Translations under genes and position numbers: made by a program
The notes under the pieces: generated by a model
Seen by the model: only the letters and a program-made list of their open reading frames with translations
The model's database searches: none
Told to the model about the DNA's origin: nothing
Assembly: GCA_963795085.1 (NCBI GenBank)
Contig: CAWCFX010000006.1
Location: 288,001-352,000, forward strand
DNA length: 64,000 nt
Reading direction: 5' to 3'
Source: an uncultured Gemmatimonadales bacterium
GTDB taxonomy: Bacteria > Gemmatimonadota > Gemmatimonadetes > Gemmatimonadales > GWC2-71-9
In this document: one piece after another, positions 27,646 to 37,299 of the stretch
Numbering within the stretch: the stretch's first letter is position 1
Layout: each line of letters starts with the position of its first letter

Positions 27646-28113
27646 ATGAGCGTGAACGGGCCGGCGGACTCCTCGAGTTCCGGAGACTCCGTCAACTCCC
27701 AGGATCTCGTCCCGCTCGCCGTCTCGACCATTGGCCTGGCGATCATGCTGGGCACCGCGATCATGGCGGTGTTCCTGCTCTTCAACCGCTCGATGGTCGA
27801 GACCCTGCCGGTCACCCCTTCCGCCCAACCCGATGTGAACCAGCCCGCCGCCACCATGCTGATGGTGGGGGTGATGGCGACATTGCTCGTCCCCATGCTC
27901 ACGGCGTGGGGCCTGCTCGCACCAATCACCGTGCTCTACCGGCGCTTCGGGTTCGCCATGGTGAGCGGCCTGGGCGCCCTCGGCGTCTCCCTCGTGGCCG
28001 TCCCCGCGTACGAAATCATGGGTATCCGGGGGCTGTGGGGACTCCTGGCCGCCTCCAGCCTGGCCGGTCTCATGTTCGCCCTCAAGGTGAGAGCACAGCG
28101 GTCCCCGCGGTGA
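27646..28113 (+). CDS. Hypothetical membrane protein (about 4 TM)
   Basis: GGAG SD, hydrophobic segments; stop overlaps the lipB GTG. Confidence 0.75.
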   Translation: MSVNGPADSSSSGDSVNSQDLVPLAVSTIGLAIMLGTAIMAVFLLFNRSMVETLPVTPSAQPDVNQPAATMLMVGVMATLLVPMLTAWGLLAPITVLYRRFGFAMVSGLGALGVSLVAVPAYEIMGIRGLWGLLAASSLAGLMFALKVRAQRSPR

Positions 28114-28811
28114 CGGAGCGCCCGCTTCAGGTGATCGACCTCGGGCGCCGCCCCTACGGGGAGGTGCTGGAGCTGCAACGGGATCTCTGCCGGCGCCGGG
28201 TGGCCGGCGAAACCCGGGACGATATCCTGCTCCTGGTGGAACATCCGCCGGTGGTGACCCTGGGCCGCGGGACCCGGGAGAGCAGCCTGGTGGTGCCGGT
28301 GGGCGGCCTGGAGGCGAAAGGGTACGAAGTCTTCGAGGTGGAGCGCGGCGGCGACGTGACCCTCCATGAGCCGGGCCAGCTGGTCGGCTATCCCATTCTT
28401 GATCTCAACCACCATCGGCCGGACCTGCACTGGTATCTGCGGGAGCTGGAAGGCGCCCTCATCACCGCGCTGGCCACGCTGGACATTCCCGCCGAACGGC
28501 GGCCCGGCCTGACCGGCGTGTGGACCGGGGGCCGCAAGATCGCGAGTATCGGCATCCACGTGAAGCAGTGGGTCACCTTCCACGGGTTCGCCCTCAACGT
28601 GATCAACGGCCTCGCCGGGTTCCAGTTGATGGTACCCTGCGGAATCGAGAACGTCGTGATGACTTCGGTACAGCAGGAGCGCCCGGTCCCTGCGGCGCCA
28701 ATGGAGACCTGGAACTTCACTCGCGCGGCTGTGGTGGCTGCCCTGGGACGCCATTTCGACCGTTCCCCGGTGGAGGGCAGCCTTCCATCACTCCCCCCGT
28801 CGCATGTCTGA
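28110..28811 (+). CDS. lipB: Lipoyl(octanoyl) transferase
   Basis: EHPPVVTLG, RGGDVTLHEPGQ, KIASIG, HGFALN, PCG. Confidence 0.95.
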   Translation: MTERPLQVIDLGRRPYGEVLELQRDLCRRRVAGETRDDILLLVEHPPVVTLGRGTRESSLVVPVGGLEAKGYEVFEVERGGDVTLHEPGQLVGYPILDLNHHRPDLHWYLRELEGALITALATLDIPAERRPGLTGVWTGGRKIASIGIHVKQWVTFHGFALNVINGLAGFQLMVPCGIENVVMTSVQQERPVPAAPMETWNFTRAAVVAALGRHFDRSPVEGSLPSLPPSHV

Positions 28812-29427
28812 GCGGCTCGACGCCAGGCCGGGGGACCGGCCCCGGCAACCGCCGGGACAGGTTCTGACCCGCAAGTGGCCTGTCCTGCACTCCGGCACGG
28901 TGCCGCGGGTCGACCGCGCCGCATGGACCCTTGAAATCAGCGGCGCCGTGGACTGCCCGTTTCGCCTGACGTGGGACGAACTCGGGGCGATGCCGAGGCG
29001 GGAGGTGCTGTGCGACATGCACTGTGTCACCCAGTGGAGCCGGCTGGACAATCTCTTTGAAGGCGTTCCCCTGGAGGGGATCCTGGCCCGCGCCGCGATC
29101 CGGCCTGCCGCGAAGCACGTAATGGTCCATGCCGCCGATTATACCACTAATCTTGCCCTGGACGACCTCGTCCGTCCCGGCAACCTGCTGGCCCTCCGGC
29201 ACGGCGGCGAGGATCTCACGCCCGAGCACGGGGGTCCGGTCCGGCTCCTGGTTCCCCATCTCTATCTCTGGAAGAGCGCGAAATGGGTGACCGGGTTCGA
29301 GTTCATGGAGAAGGACGCCCCGGGATTCTGGGAGCAGAATGGCTACCACATGAGGGGAGACCCCTGGCAGGAGGAGCGATTCGGCCGTCCTGACCCGGCC
29401 AGGATGCGGCGGGGCCCCCGCAACTGA
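28804..29427 (+). CDS. Sulfite-oxidase-like molybdopterin-binding oxidoreductase
   Basis: PPGQ, DMHCVTQWS, HGGPVRL, YLWKSAKW, PGFWEQNGYH. Confidence 0.9.
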   Translation: MSERLDARPGDRPRQPPGQVLTRKWPVLHSGTVPRVDRAAWTLEISGAVDCPFRLTWDELGAMPRREVLCDMHCVTQWSRLDNLFEGVPLEGILARAAIRPAAKHVMVHAADYTTNLALDDLVRPGNLLALRHGGEDLTPEHGGPVRLLVPHLYLWKSAKWVTGFEFMEKDAPGFWEQNGYHMRGDPWQEERFGRPDPARMRRGPRN

Positions 29428-29537
29428 GGCAGGCCTTCCACCAGCTTGCGCTTTCCACCTTGATGATTTAGCCCCACCCTCCTCGGTTCCTCCCTGACAG
29501 CCTTGTTTTTGAGTCCCGATCTGGCGTTTTTCATAAT

Positions 29538-30122
29538 ATGGCGGATGCAATCGAGCGCAGATCGCGGGACTCCCAGATTGACGAACGCGTCGCAGTGATA
29601 CTGCGGGCGGCGGCAAGCTGGGCCAAGGAAGCCCCTCCGGCTCTGGCCCCCCCGGTTCGCGCGGTCTGTATCCGGCTCGCGGAGATGGTAGCGGACCAGC
29701 GCCACTACCTGGCCCCGCTGCCGGAGCCGCAGGATTCAGAGCGCCAGGCCATCCTGGCCGGGGTCGCCGAACGGCTGGCGTCTCCCTCGGTCGTCGGGGG
29801 GCTGGAGAAGGAGTTGTCGGACCTGACCGACGTGGAGCTCAAGTCCACCGGTTCCTGGGCCATCAAGCCCGCGGCCCAGGCCCAGTGGGTGGACACGGCG
29901 ATCCGTTTCCTCGAGGCCCGGGCCAACAGCCTCACCGGATCCGACCAGCCGGACTCCTACTGGGCCGAGGACGTGGTGGCCGGATTGATCGCATCAGTGC
30001 GGGCGATTCTCGGGGTCGAAGAACTGCACGCGCGCGCCGACGCGGTCAACCCGGGCACCGCAAACCGGGATACCCCGGCCGGGGGGCTGGATATTATCGA
30101 GGACGAAACGGACGATGGCTAA
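29538..30122 (+). CDS. Hypothetical protein
   Basis: 194-aa ORF filling the gap, high-GC3 codon use. Confidence 0.65.
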   Translation: MADAIERRSRDSQIDERVAVILRAAASWAKEAPPALAPPVRAVCIRLAEMVADQRHYLAPLPEPQDSERQAILAGVAERLASPSVVGGLEKELSDLTDVELKSTGSWAIKPAAQAQWVDTAIRFLEARANSLTGSDQPDSYWAEDVVAGLIASVRAILGVEELHARADAVNPGTANRDTPAGGLDIIEDETDDG

Positions 30123-30170
30123 CGGCTAATGGCTAACGGCTATGGAATGGCTAATGGCTAATGGCTAATG
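30114..30170. repeat. Heptamer tandem array (AAYGGCT, about 7 copies)
   Basis: Fills the gap between two convergent genes and contains both stop codons. Confidence 0.9.
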
Positions 30171-31331
30171 ACCCGAAGGTACGACCTCCCCACCCACGCA
30201 CCGACCCCGCCCCGTCCGCTTTGCCGTCAACAGCCTCCCATCCGCGATTGCCATCAGGTCCTTCGGGGCTGTGGTGCCGGCATCATCCGGGACGCCGGCA
30301 ATCCCCGCGCTGAAATTCAGATTGAGCACCTGGCCGCCCCCGATATCGATGGGCGAGGCGGCGATCTCCCTCCTCAACTCTTCTACGGCGGCCAGGGCCG
30401 CGTCACGCGCGGTGCCGGGCATGAGGATGACGAACTCTTCCCCGCCGTATCGGGCCACCATGTCGGTCCGCCGCATGGCGCGGCTCAGGAGCTGGGCCAT
30501 CTGCCGCAGGGCGCTGTCACCCAGGGCATGGCCATGCGCGTCGTTGATCTGCTTGAAGTGATCGATGTCGAGGAGCGCCAGGGAGAGAGACTGGCCGTCA
30601 CGGGCCGCGGACTGCATGGCCCCGGCCAGCGTCCGGTCGAAATGGCCCCGGTTGAAGAGTCCGGTGAGCCGGTCACGGGAAGCGAGATACAGCAGCCGCT
30701 GGGCCCGTCGCACGATGGTGACCGCCAGGATGGTGGCGATGACCAGCAGGATGAGCCGGGTCCCGAGGTCCACTGAGGAATAGGGCCCGGCGGCCGGCAC
30801 ATACGCGGGGTCGTGCAGGTCGTACCGCAGCGCGGCGAACACCCAGAGCAGGCCGTACTCGGCCACGGCCAGGAGTCCCGTCACGAGGCAGATACGCGCA
30901 TCGTAGCGCAGGCTGGTCGCGACGATGGCCAGGAAATACATCTCGAAGGTCACCTTCGAGTTGAGCGCGATGAGCGGCGAGGCGACGGCCAGGAAACTGG
31001 CCAGCGCCAGGGTGACCATGGAGACATCGAACGCGCTGGTCCCGAACCCGATCCAGGGCCGCCACCACCCCCGCCGCAGCACCAGCCAGAAGCCGAGCGC
31101 CGCGATCCCGGCGGCGAGGGTGACCGAGAAGCCGGTGACGTGCATCGGCTGGTCATGGTAGTTGAGAATATTCCAGGTGGGGGCGATCAGCAGCAGGCAC
31201 ATGGCGACGACCCGGACCCGGGCCACCACCAGCTCGCCCTCGATGCCGGCGGCCGCGAGGGCGGGGTCCGGCCGGGACCAGATCGGCGGCGGCGATGCGC
31301 CCCCCGTGTAGCTGTGCGTGGGCATGGTCAC
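30165..31331 (-). CDS. Membrane-bound diguanylate cyclase
   Basis: About six TM segments, DRLTGLFNR, DIDHFKQIND, RxxD I-site (RRTD), GGEEF. Confidence 0.92.
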   Translation of the reverse strand: MTMPTHSYTGGASPPPIWSRPDPALAAAGIEGELVVARVRVVAMCLLLIAPTWNILNYHDQPMHVTGFSVTLAAGIAALGFWLVLRRGWWRPWIGFGTSAFDVSMVTLALASFLAVASPLIALNSKVTFEMYFLAIVATSLRYDARICLVTGLLAVAEYGLLWVFAALRYDLHDPAYVPAAGPYSSVDLGTRLILLVIATILAVTIVRRAQRLLYLASRDRLTGLFNRGHFDRTLAGAMQSAARDGQSLSLALLDIDHFKQINDAHGHALGDSALRQMAQLLSRAMRRTDMVARYGGEEFVILMPGTARDAALAAVEELRREIAASPIDIGGGQVLNLNFSAGIAGVPDDAGTTAPKDLMAIADGRLLTAKRTGRGRCVGGEVVPSGH

Positions 31332-31573
31332 GCCCGGCTCCAGCCGCCGGCAGGCGAAATCGGGCGCATCACTCTCCGCACGTGGGGAATCAGGTGGTAC
31401 CGCCGGGCGGAATGCCTGGTGAGAGCATTCCGGCGCGCCGATGGCTCAATGTAGGCGAACACCGGGCCCCCGCAAGATTTCGCAGGTTCCCCCCGGCTCC
31501 CTTGCCAGCCCCGGCCTCCACTTCCACTATTGACCTCCCCCGCACGGCGTTCATCCACCCACCAAGGCCGGCC

Positions 31574-33118
31574 ATGGTGATTCGACTTCGATTCCTTGCG
31601 ACCGCGTTCCTCATCCTGGTGGCGTCCGGCTTCGCCGATGCATCCCGGCCCATTGACCCCGAGATGGTCGCGAGAATCCGGGAGGAGGGGCTGCAGCGTT
31701 CCCGGGTGATGGACTACGAGAGCTACATGACCGATGTCCTGGGTGCGCGGCTGACGCTCTCCCAGGACATGACGCGGGCCCGGCGATGGGTCGAGGGCGA
31801 GCTGACTCGCATGGGCCTTGCCAACGTGGCGGCCGAGCCGTTCATGGACTTCGGCGTGACCTGGGACAACGAGTTCTTCTCCCTCCACCTGCTGGAGCCG
31901 GACTACACCCCGATGGTGGGGTATCCCATCTCGCACACCCCGGGCACCGACGGGCCCCGGGTGGCCTCGGCGGTCGTCGTGGACCTGCTGGTGAGGGAAG
32001 ACCTGGAGAGATACCGGGGCACCCTGCAGGGGAAAGCGGTGCTGGCCACGCCCCCCGCGGTGATTGACCTGGCGCCACTCACAAATGGCGTCCCCCGGCG
32101 TTCCGAGGCGGAACTCCAGGCGCTGGAGCGGACCGTGATCGCCCCGGCCCGGCCCCCGGCCCCACGAACCGCCCGCCACCCCGACCTGCTTACGGCGGAA
32201 GAGAAGCTGGCGTTCTACCAGGCCGAAGGGGTGGCCGCCGTGCTGCAGTCGGAGAGCGGATGGCTCGGCGCGGTGCGCGGCTTCGCCCGGCCGGGGGCCC
32301 GGCAGGACCAGTGGTCGCGGGCCGGCATCCTCGCCTCGCCGGTGATCGTGGCGGTCACGCCGGAGCACTACAACCGGATGTATCGCATCCTACAGCGGGG
32401 CATTCCGGTCACGGTCCAGCTGGAAGTCCGGAACCGGATCGGAGAGCAGGTCGAGCAGGCCGTCAACATCACCGCAGAGATCCCGGGGCGCGACCTCCGG
32501 GACGAGATCGTCATGATCGGGGCCCACTTCGATACCTGGCACGCGAGCCCCAACGCCAGCGACAACACCTCCGGCGTCGCGGTGGTGCTGGAGGCGATGC
32601 GGATCCTGAAAGCCGTGGGGGCCCAGCCCCGGCGCACCATCCGGATCGCGCTCTGGGCCGGCGAAGAGCAGGGGTTGTTCGGCTCCCGGGCGTACGTGAG
32701 GAAGCACTTCGGCGATCCGGGCGATTCCACCACCGGGGCCCGGCCGGCGCACCGGAAGCTGTCGGTGTATTTCAACCAGGACTACGGGGCGGGCCAGTAC
32801 CGCGGGATCTATCTCCAGGGCAACGAGTCTGCCCGGACCATGCTGGCCGCATGGATGGAGCCGTTCCGGGACATGGGGATGACGGTGGTATCGAACCAGA
32901 GCGTGGGCAGCACCGATCACGTGGCATTCGACGAGGTGGGGCTGCCCGGCTTTCAGTTCCTGCAGGACCGCATACCGGGCACTGGCGGGCACACCAACCT
33001 GGACTTCTATGACACCATCCAGGCCGAGGACCTGATGAAAAACGCGGTAATCATGGCGGCCTACGCCTGGCACGCGGCCAACGCGGACGCGCTGATACCC
33101 CGGAAGACCAGCCCCTAG
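31574..33118 (+). CDS. Secreted M28-family metallopeptidase
   Basis: Signal peptide, GAHFD, ASDN, GEEQGL, STDH. Confidence 0.88.
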   Translation: MVIRLRFLATAFLILVASGFADASRPIDPEMVARIREEGLQRSRVMDYESYMTDVLGARLTLSQDMTRARRWVEGELTRMGLANVAAEPFMDFGVTWDNEFFSLHLLEPDYTPMVGYPISHTPGTDGPRVASAVVVDLLVREDLERYRGTLQGKAVLATPPAVIDLAPLTNGVPRRSEAELQALERTVIAPARPPAPRTARHPDLLTAEEKLAFYQAEGVAAVLQSESGWLGAVRGFARPGARQDQWSRAGILASPVIVAVTPEHYNRMYRILQRGIPVTVQLEVRNRIGEQVEQAVNITAEIPGRDLRDEIVMIGAHFDTWHASPNASDNTSGVAVVLEAMRILKAVGAQPRRTIRIALWAGEEQGLFGSRAYVRKHFGDPGDSTTGARPAHRKLSVYFNQDYGAGQYRGIYLQGNESARTMLAAWMEPFRDMGMTVVSNQSVGSTDHVAFDEVGLPGFQFLQDRIPGTGGHTNLDFYDTIQAEDLMKNAVIMAAYAWHAANADALIPRKTSP

Positions 33119-33948
33119 CCGGGCGGCGGCAGCGCCTGGCCGCAGCGCTTGCAGTGGCGGGCGTCGCGGTCGTGGCCCCTTAACCCGCACTGGCCGCAGG
33201 TCCGGGCCTCGTACTCCTGGCGGACCGCGGCGCCGATCTCCACGGTCACGATGCCGGTGGGCACCGCGATAATGGCGTACCCCATGATCATGATCATGGC
33301 GGCCAGGCCCTGCCCCAGGGGCGTATGGGGCGCGATGTCTCCGTAACCCACCGTGGTCAGCGTCACGATCGCCCAGTACACGCTGGTCGGGATGCTGGTG
33401 AACCCGTTCGGGGGCCCCTCCACCAGGTACATCATGGAGCCGAGGGTGACCACGAGCGTGAGCACTCCCGCGATGAACACGGTGATCTTGTGCCGGCTGG
33501 CCCGCAGGGCCCGCATCAGGACCGCGGCCTCGGTGACGTAATTGGCGAGCTTGAGCACCCGGAAGACCCGGATCAGCCGGAGGGCGCGGACGGCGAGGAG
33601 GGCCTGGCCGCCGGGAAGCACCAGGCTCAGGTAGGTCGGCAGGATGGCCAGCAGGTCCACCACACCGAAGAAGCTGCGGGCATAGCCGGCGGCGCTGGGC
33701 GAAATCCAGAGCCGAAGCAGGTACTCCACCGTGAACACGGCGGTAAACAGGTACTCCACGATGCGGAGCCAGCGCCCGTACCCCTGGCGGATGGCCGGCA
33801 CGCTTTCCACCATTACCACCGCCACACTGAGCACGATCAATGCGATCAGCGTGACATCGAACGCCTTACCCGCGGGGGTATCGTGCCCGAAGACGATCCG
33901 GTGAATCCGGGTTCGCAGCGTCACTTCCGGCGTGGTTCGATCGGGCAT
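33115..33948 (-). CDS. 6-TM potassium channel (ion transporter) with C-terminal zinc ribbon
   Basis: S4-like RALRLIRVFRVLK, selectivity filter TTVGYGD, CxxC..CxxC tail. Confidence 0.92.
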   Translation of the reverse strand: MPDRTTPEVTLRTRIHRIVFGHDTPAGKAFDVTLIALIVLSVAVVMVESVPAIRQGYGRWLRIVEYLFTAVFTVEYLLRLWISPSAAGYARSFFGVVDLLAILPTYLSLVLPGGQALLAVRALRLIRVFRVLKLANYVTEAAVLMRALRASRHKITVFIAGVLTLVVTLGSMMYLVEGPPNGFTSIPTSVYWAIVTLTTVGYGDIAPHTPLGQGLAAMIMIMGYAIIAVPTGIVTVEIGAAVRQEYEARTCGQCGLRGHDRDARHCKRCGQALPPPG

Positions 33949-33968
33949 GGAAGCTCCGGGGCGCGAGG

Positions 33969-34538
33969 TCAGCCCACCGGTACGATGGCCAGCAGGTCCT
34001 GGAGGGTCCGGTCCAGCTCACCCCAGAGCGCCGGCGGGGTGCGGCCGACAAATCCGTCCCGCAGGGATCGATAGTACCAGAGGGTCCCTTCCCGGCCGCC
34101 GGCAAAGCGGTCCCACAGCGGCTCTCCCAGGGAACGGTAATCACCCAGGATGGCCCGGAGGTTGTGAACCTTGTCCGCCAGCGAGACGAGAAGGGCATCG
34201 GGGTCTTTGTGCGGCAATTGCGCGAGGTAGGCCTCTTTCCGGGCCCGCCAGGGCGGCTTGGGAACGCGGTCCGCATCCGAGCAGGCCAGGACGATGGCGG
34301 CAACCCGGTCACCGAAGCGGGCGCGGATCTCCGCCAGGGTGGACTGGCCGCCCTGGTCCTCGACCGCGTCGTGCAGGAGGGCCGCGATGGCGATGTCTTC
34401 GTCGGCCCCGTGCTCAATGGCCAGGCTGGCGACCGCCAACAGGTGGCTGAGGTAGGGGATCCGGGTGCCTTTCCGGACCTGTCCCGCATGGAGCCCGGCG
34501 GCATATCCGAGCGCGGCGGCAAAGCGAGTCCAGCTAAT
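33969..34538 (-). CDS. HD-domain hydrolase, Mesh1/small alarmone hydrolase-like
   Basis: HAGQVRKG..PYLSH, LLHDAVED, ADKVHN motifs; start inferred at non-canonical ATT. Confidence 0.82.
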   Translation of the reverse strand: MSWTRFAAALGYAAGLHAGQVRKGTRIPYLSHLLAVASLAIEHGADEDIAIAALLHDAVEDQGGQSTLAEIRARFGDRVAAIVLACSDADRVPKPPWRARKEAYLAQLPHKDPDALLVSLADKVHNLRAILGDYRSLGEPLWDRFAGGREGTLWYYRSLRDGFVGRTPPALWGELDRTLQDLLAIVPVG

Positions 34539-35958
34539 CCTCGTCCTCCGTCTCGTCGACCTCGTCTTCCTCCCGGGTAGCGCGCTCGCCGGCGCCGATT
34601 TCCCGCTCCGCCAGCAGCTCGATGAAACGCCCGAACACCTGGATGCCGTCCCAGAGCTGCTGCAGGTCCAGTTTTTCGTTGGGCGCGTGCAGCCGGTCAT
34701 CGTGGAGACCGATGCCGGTCAGCAGGACCGGGGCCCCGCTCTTCGCCAGCTCTGTCACCACCGGTATGGACCCCCCGGCCCGGACCCGTACCGGCGCCTG
34801 GCCCACCACCGACTCGAAGGCCTCGTCGAGCACCTCGAATACCGGGTGGTCAAGGTCCATGTGCACCGGTTCGCCGCCGTGCAGCATCGTCACCTCGACG
34901 TCCGCCCAGTCGGGCGCCTGGGCCAGGACCTCGCGGCGCAGCTGCTTCTCGACCTTGGCCCGGCTCTGGTTGGGCACCAGGCGAAGGCTCACCTTGGCCG
35001 TCGCCTGCGAGGGGATCACCGTCTTGGCCCCATCGCCGACAAACCCGCCCTTGATGCCGTGGATCTCGAAGGTGGGCAGGGCCCAGATCCGCTCGAACAC
35101 CGAGTGCTCCTTCTGTCCGGTGAGCGCCCGGGCAGTGACCTCCTCCTCGGTGAACTTCTTCTTGTCGAAGGGCAGCTTTTTCCAGCTCTTGAGTTCCGCC
35201 TTCGATGGCTCCTTCACCGGCTTGTAGAGGCCCTTGATCCGGATCCGGCCATCCTCGTCCTTGAGCGACGTGAGGATCCGGATGAGCGTCTCGATGGCGT
35301 TCGGGGCCACCCCGCCGAACGACCCCGAGTGCAGGTCGGTCTGCAGGGTCCGCACCGAGATCTCGGCGTAGCACATCCCCCGCAGCCCGGTGTACACCGC
35401 GGGCCAGCCCGGGGCATAGTAGGACATGTCGCAGACCAGCACCGCGTCGGCCTGGGCCCGCTCCGGCTCATTCTCCAGCAGCTCGAAGATGGCCTTGCCA
35501 CCGCACTCCTCTTCGCCCTCGATCAGCCAGCGCACGTTGACCGGGGGCTTGCCGTCCCGGTCCAGCACGGCCTGGTACGCCTTGAGCAGACAATAGACCT
35601 GGCCCTTGTCGTCCGCCGCACCCCGCGCGAACACCTTGCCGTCCCGGACCGTGGCCTCGAAGGGGGGCGTCTCCCATAGCTCCAGGGGATCGGGCGGCTG
35701 GACATCGTAATGGCCGTAGATGAGGAGCGTGGGCTTACCGGGGACCGCGGGACTTTCACCCCACACCACCGGGTGGCCGTTCCCCTCCAGCATGGTGGTC
35801 TGGCAGCCCAGGCTCCGAAGATGCTCGGCTACCCACTCGGCCGCCCGGCGGGTATCGGCGTTCCGGTCCGGCAGCGTACTAACCGAGGGGATGGCCAGGA
35901 ACTCCTTGAGCTCCGCCAGAAACTTGTCCCGGTTCTTTTCAATTATGGAGGAATCCAT
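34534..35958 (-). CDS. M20-family dipeptidase
   Basis: YGHYDVQP, RGAADDKG, EGEEE, DLHSG, GGSIP, HAPNE. Confidence 0.92.
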   Translation of the reverse strand: MDSSIIEKNRDKFLAELKEFLAIPSVSTLPDRNADTRRAAEWVAEHLRSLGCQTTMLEGNGHPVVWGESPAVPGKPTLLIYGHYDVQPPDPLELWETPPFEATVRDGKVFARGAADDKGQVYCLLKAYQAVLDRDGKPPVNVRWLIEGEEECGGKAIFELLENEPERAQADAVLVCDMSYYAPGWPAVYTGLRGMCYAEISVRTLQTDLHSGSFGGVAPNAIETLIRILTSLKDEDGRIRIKGLYKPVKEPSKAELKSWKKLPFDKKKFTEEEVTARALTGQKEHSVFERIWALPTFEIHGIKGGFVGDGAKTVIPSQATAKVSLRLVPNQSRAKVEKQLRREVLAQAPDWADVEVTMLHGGEPVHMDLDHPVFEVLDEAFESVVGQAPVRVRAGGSIPVVTELAKSGAPVLLTGIGLHDDRLHAPNEKLDLQQLWDGIQVFGRFIELLAEREIGAGERATREEDEVDETEDED

Positions 35959-36138
35959 GGGAGACGGGCGGTGAGGGTGATGAGACGACAGCGGTCCGCG
36001 CGGGCAGCGACCGGCGTGCAGCGTGAACATAACCCGGGGCTGGCCGGTCCGCACCCTGTCCCCGCGCCCCGGGGGGTTCGCCAAACTCCGGGCATCCCAG
36101 CCCCTAGCGCGTCGCCCGTTGGGCGATACATTGGCGCC

Positions 36139-37233
36139 ATGTTCACCACCGCGCAGTTCCGGGTTTTCACAAGCGAGCCGGAAGATAAAGTCCTGGTGCG
36201 ACCCCGCCACCTGCTGCGCGACGGCGATCGCACTCAGGCCGAGGCGGCTTACCTCGAGGTCCTGGACCGGGAACCGGGGTTGAAAGCCGCGTGGGCGGAG
36301 TACTTCCAGTTGCTTCGGGCCGAGGGGCGGTTCGACGATGCTCTGGCGCTGGCCGACCGGGCCATGGAGCAGTTTGGGGCCGACGCCTTTTCCGGCGCGC
36401 TCAAAGGTGCCGCGCTGGTGGAAATGGGGCAGCTGCGATCAGCCATCACGTTTCTCCAGGCTTCGGCCGAGCAGGATCCGGATTTCGGAATGGTCTGGCA
36501 CGAGATGGGCTACGCCGCCTGGCGGCTGGGCGAACACTCCCATGCGCTGTTGGCCCTGGACCGTGCCTTCGCGCTGGATCCCCGCAGCGGGACGCTGCAT
36601 TTGCGGGGCAAGATCCTGCGGACCTCGGGGCAGTTCATGGCGGCGGAGGTCGCCTTTGCCGCGGCGGCCGAGGCGGCTGAATTCACCGAGCAGCGAACCG
36701 AGGCCGAGCGCCAGATGGCCATCACTCGCCGGTACGCGCACGTCGGCCGGCGCCCGGCCGATGTCGCTCCCCCGGAACGCTGGTTCGCGGAGCACGGGAC
36801 CGTCTTCCTTGGCGCGGGGCCGGGCAGCCCCACCCCGCCGGAGGCCTCGCTGGAGGCGTTAGCCAGCCTGGCCCGCCAGCAGGTCTGGCGGTTCACCACC
36901 CTCATGGCGGCCGATGACTGGCCTGGCTGGGCGACCCTGGCCCGGCTGCTCAACCTGCCGGTGGAGAACGAACTGCGGCCTGCCTTCGGGATGGTCCCCC
37001 TGGTCGTCAGCCGCCGGCCTGACACCGGGAATCCGCGCTGGACCAGCGGGATCCGCTCGGTGAGCGGGGCCGGCGCCGGCCTTGGGTTTGTCCTGGAGCA
37101 GCACCCCGAACAGCCGCCCGCCGACCTCGCCATCGGGCTCCTGGGATCCCCGGGCACCCGGCTGGACCTGGCCGCCGCGGGGGCCGCCTGCCAGCACACC
37201 GACGCCCGGATCTCCCACCGCCGCCTCCGCTAA
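36139..37233 (+). CDS. TPR-containing hypothetical protein
   Basis: N-terminal TPR-like helices; TACATT 6 nt before the ATG. Confidence 0.72.
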   Translation: MFTTAQFRVFTSEPEDKVLVRPRHLLRDGDRTQAEAAYLEVLDREPGLKAAWAEYFQLLRAEGRFDDALALADRAMEQFGADAFSGALKGAALVEMGQLRSAITFLQASAEQDPDFGMVWHEMGYAAWRLGEHSHALLALDRAFALDPRSGTLHLRGKILRTSGQFMAAEVAFAAAAEAAEFTEQRTEAERQMAITRRYAHVGRRPADVAPPERWFAEHGTVFLGAGPGSPTPPEASLEALASLARQQVWRFTTLMAADDWPGWATLARLLNLPVENELRPAFGMVPLVVSRRPDTGNPRWTSGIRSVSGAGAGLGFVLEQHPEQPPADLAIGLLGSPGTRLDLAAAGAACQHTDARISHRRLR

Positions 37234-37299
37234 GCGTCCGCGGCAACCTTCGGTGATGCCGGTCTATCCAAGGGGCAGCCCCCCCAATCGGAGACCGAC

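Noticed and set aside
29509..29540. Sigma70 promoter TTGAGT-N17-CATAAT
   Set aside because: The -10 abuts the ATG, so the transcript would start after the start codon
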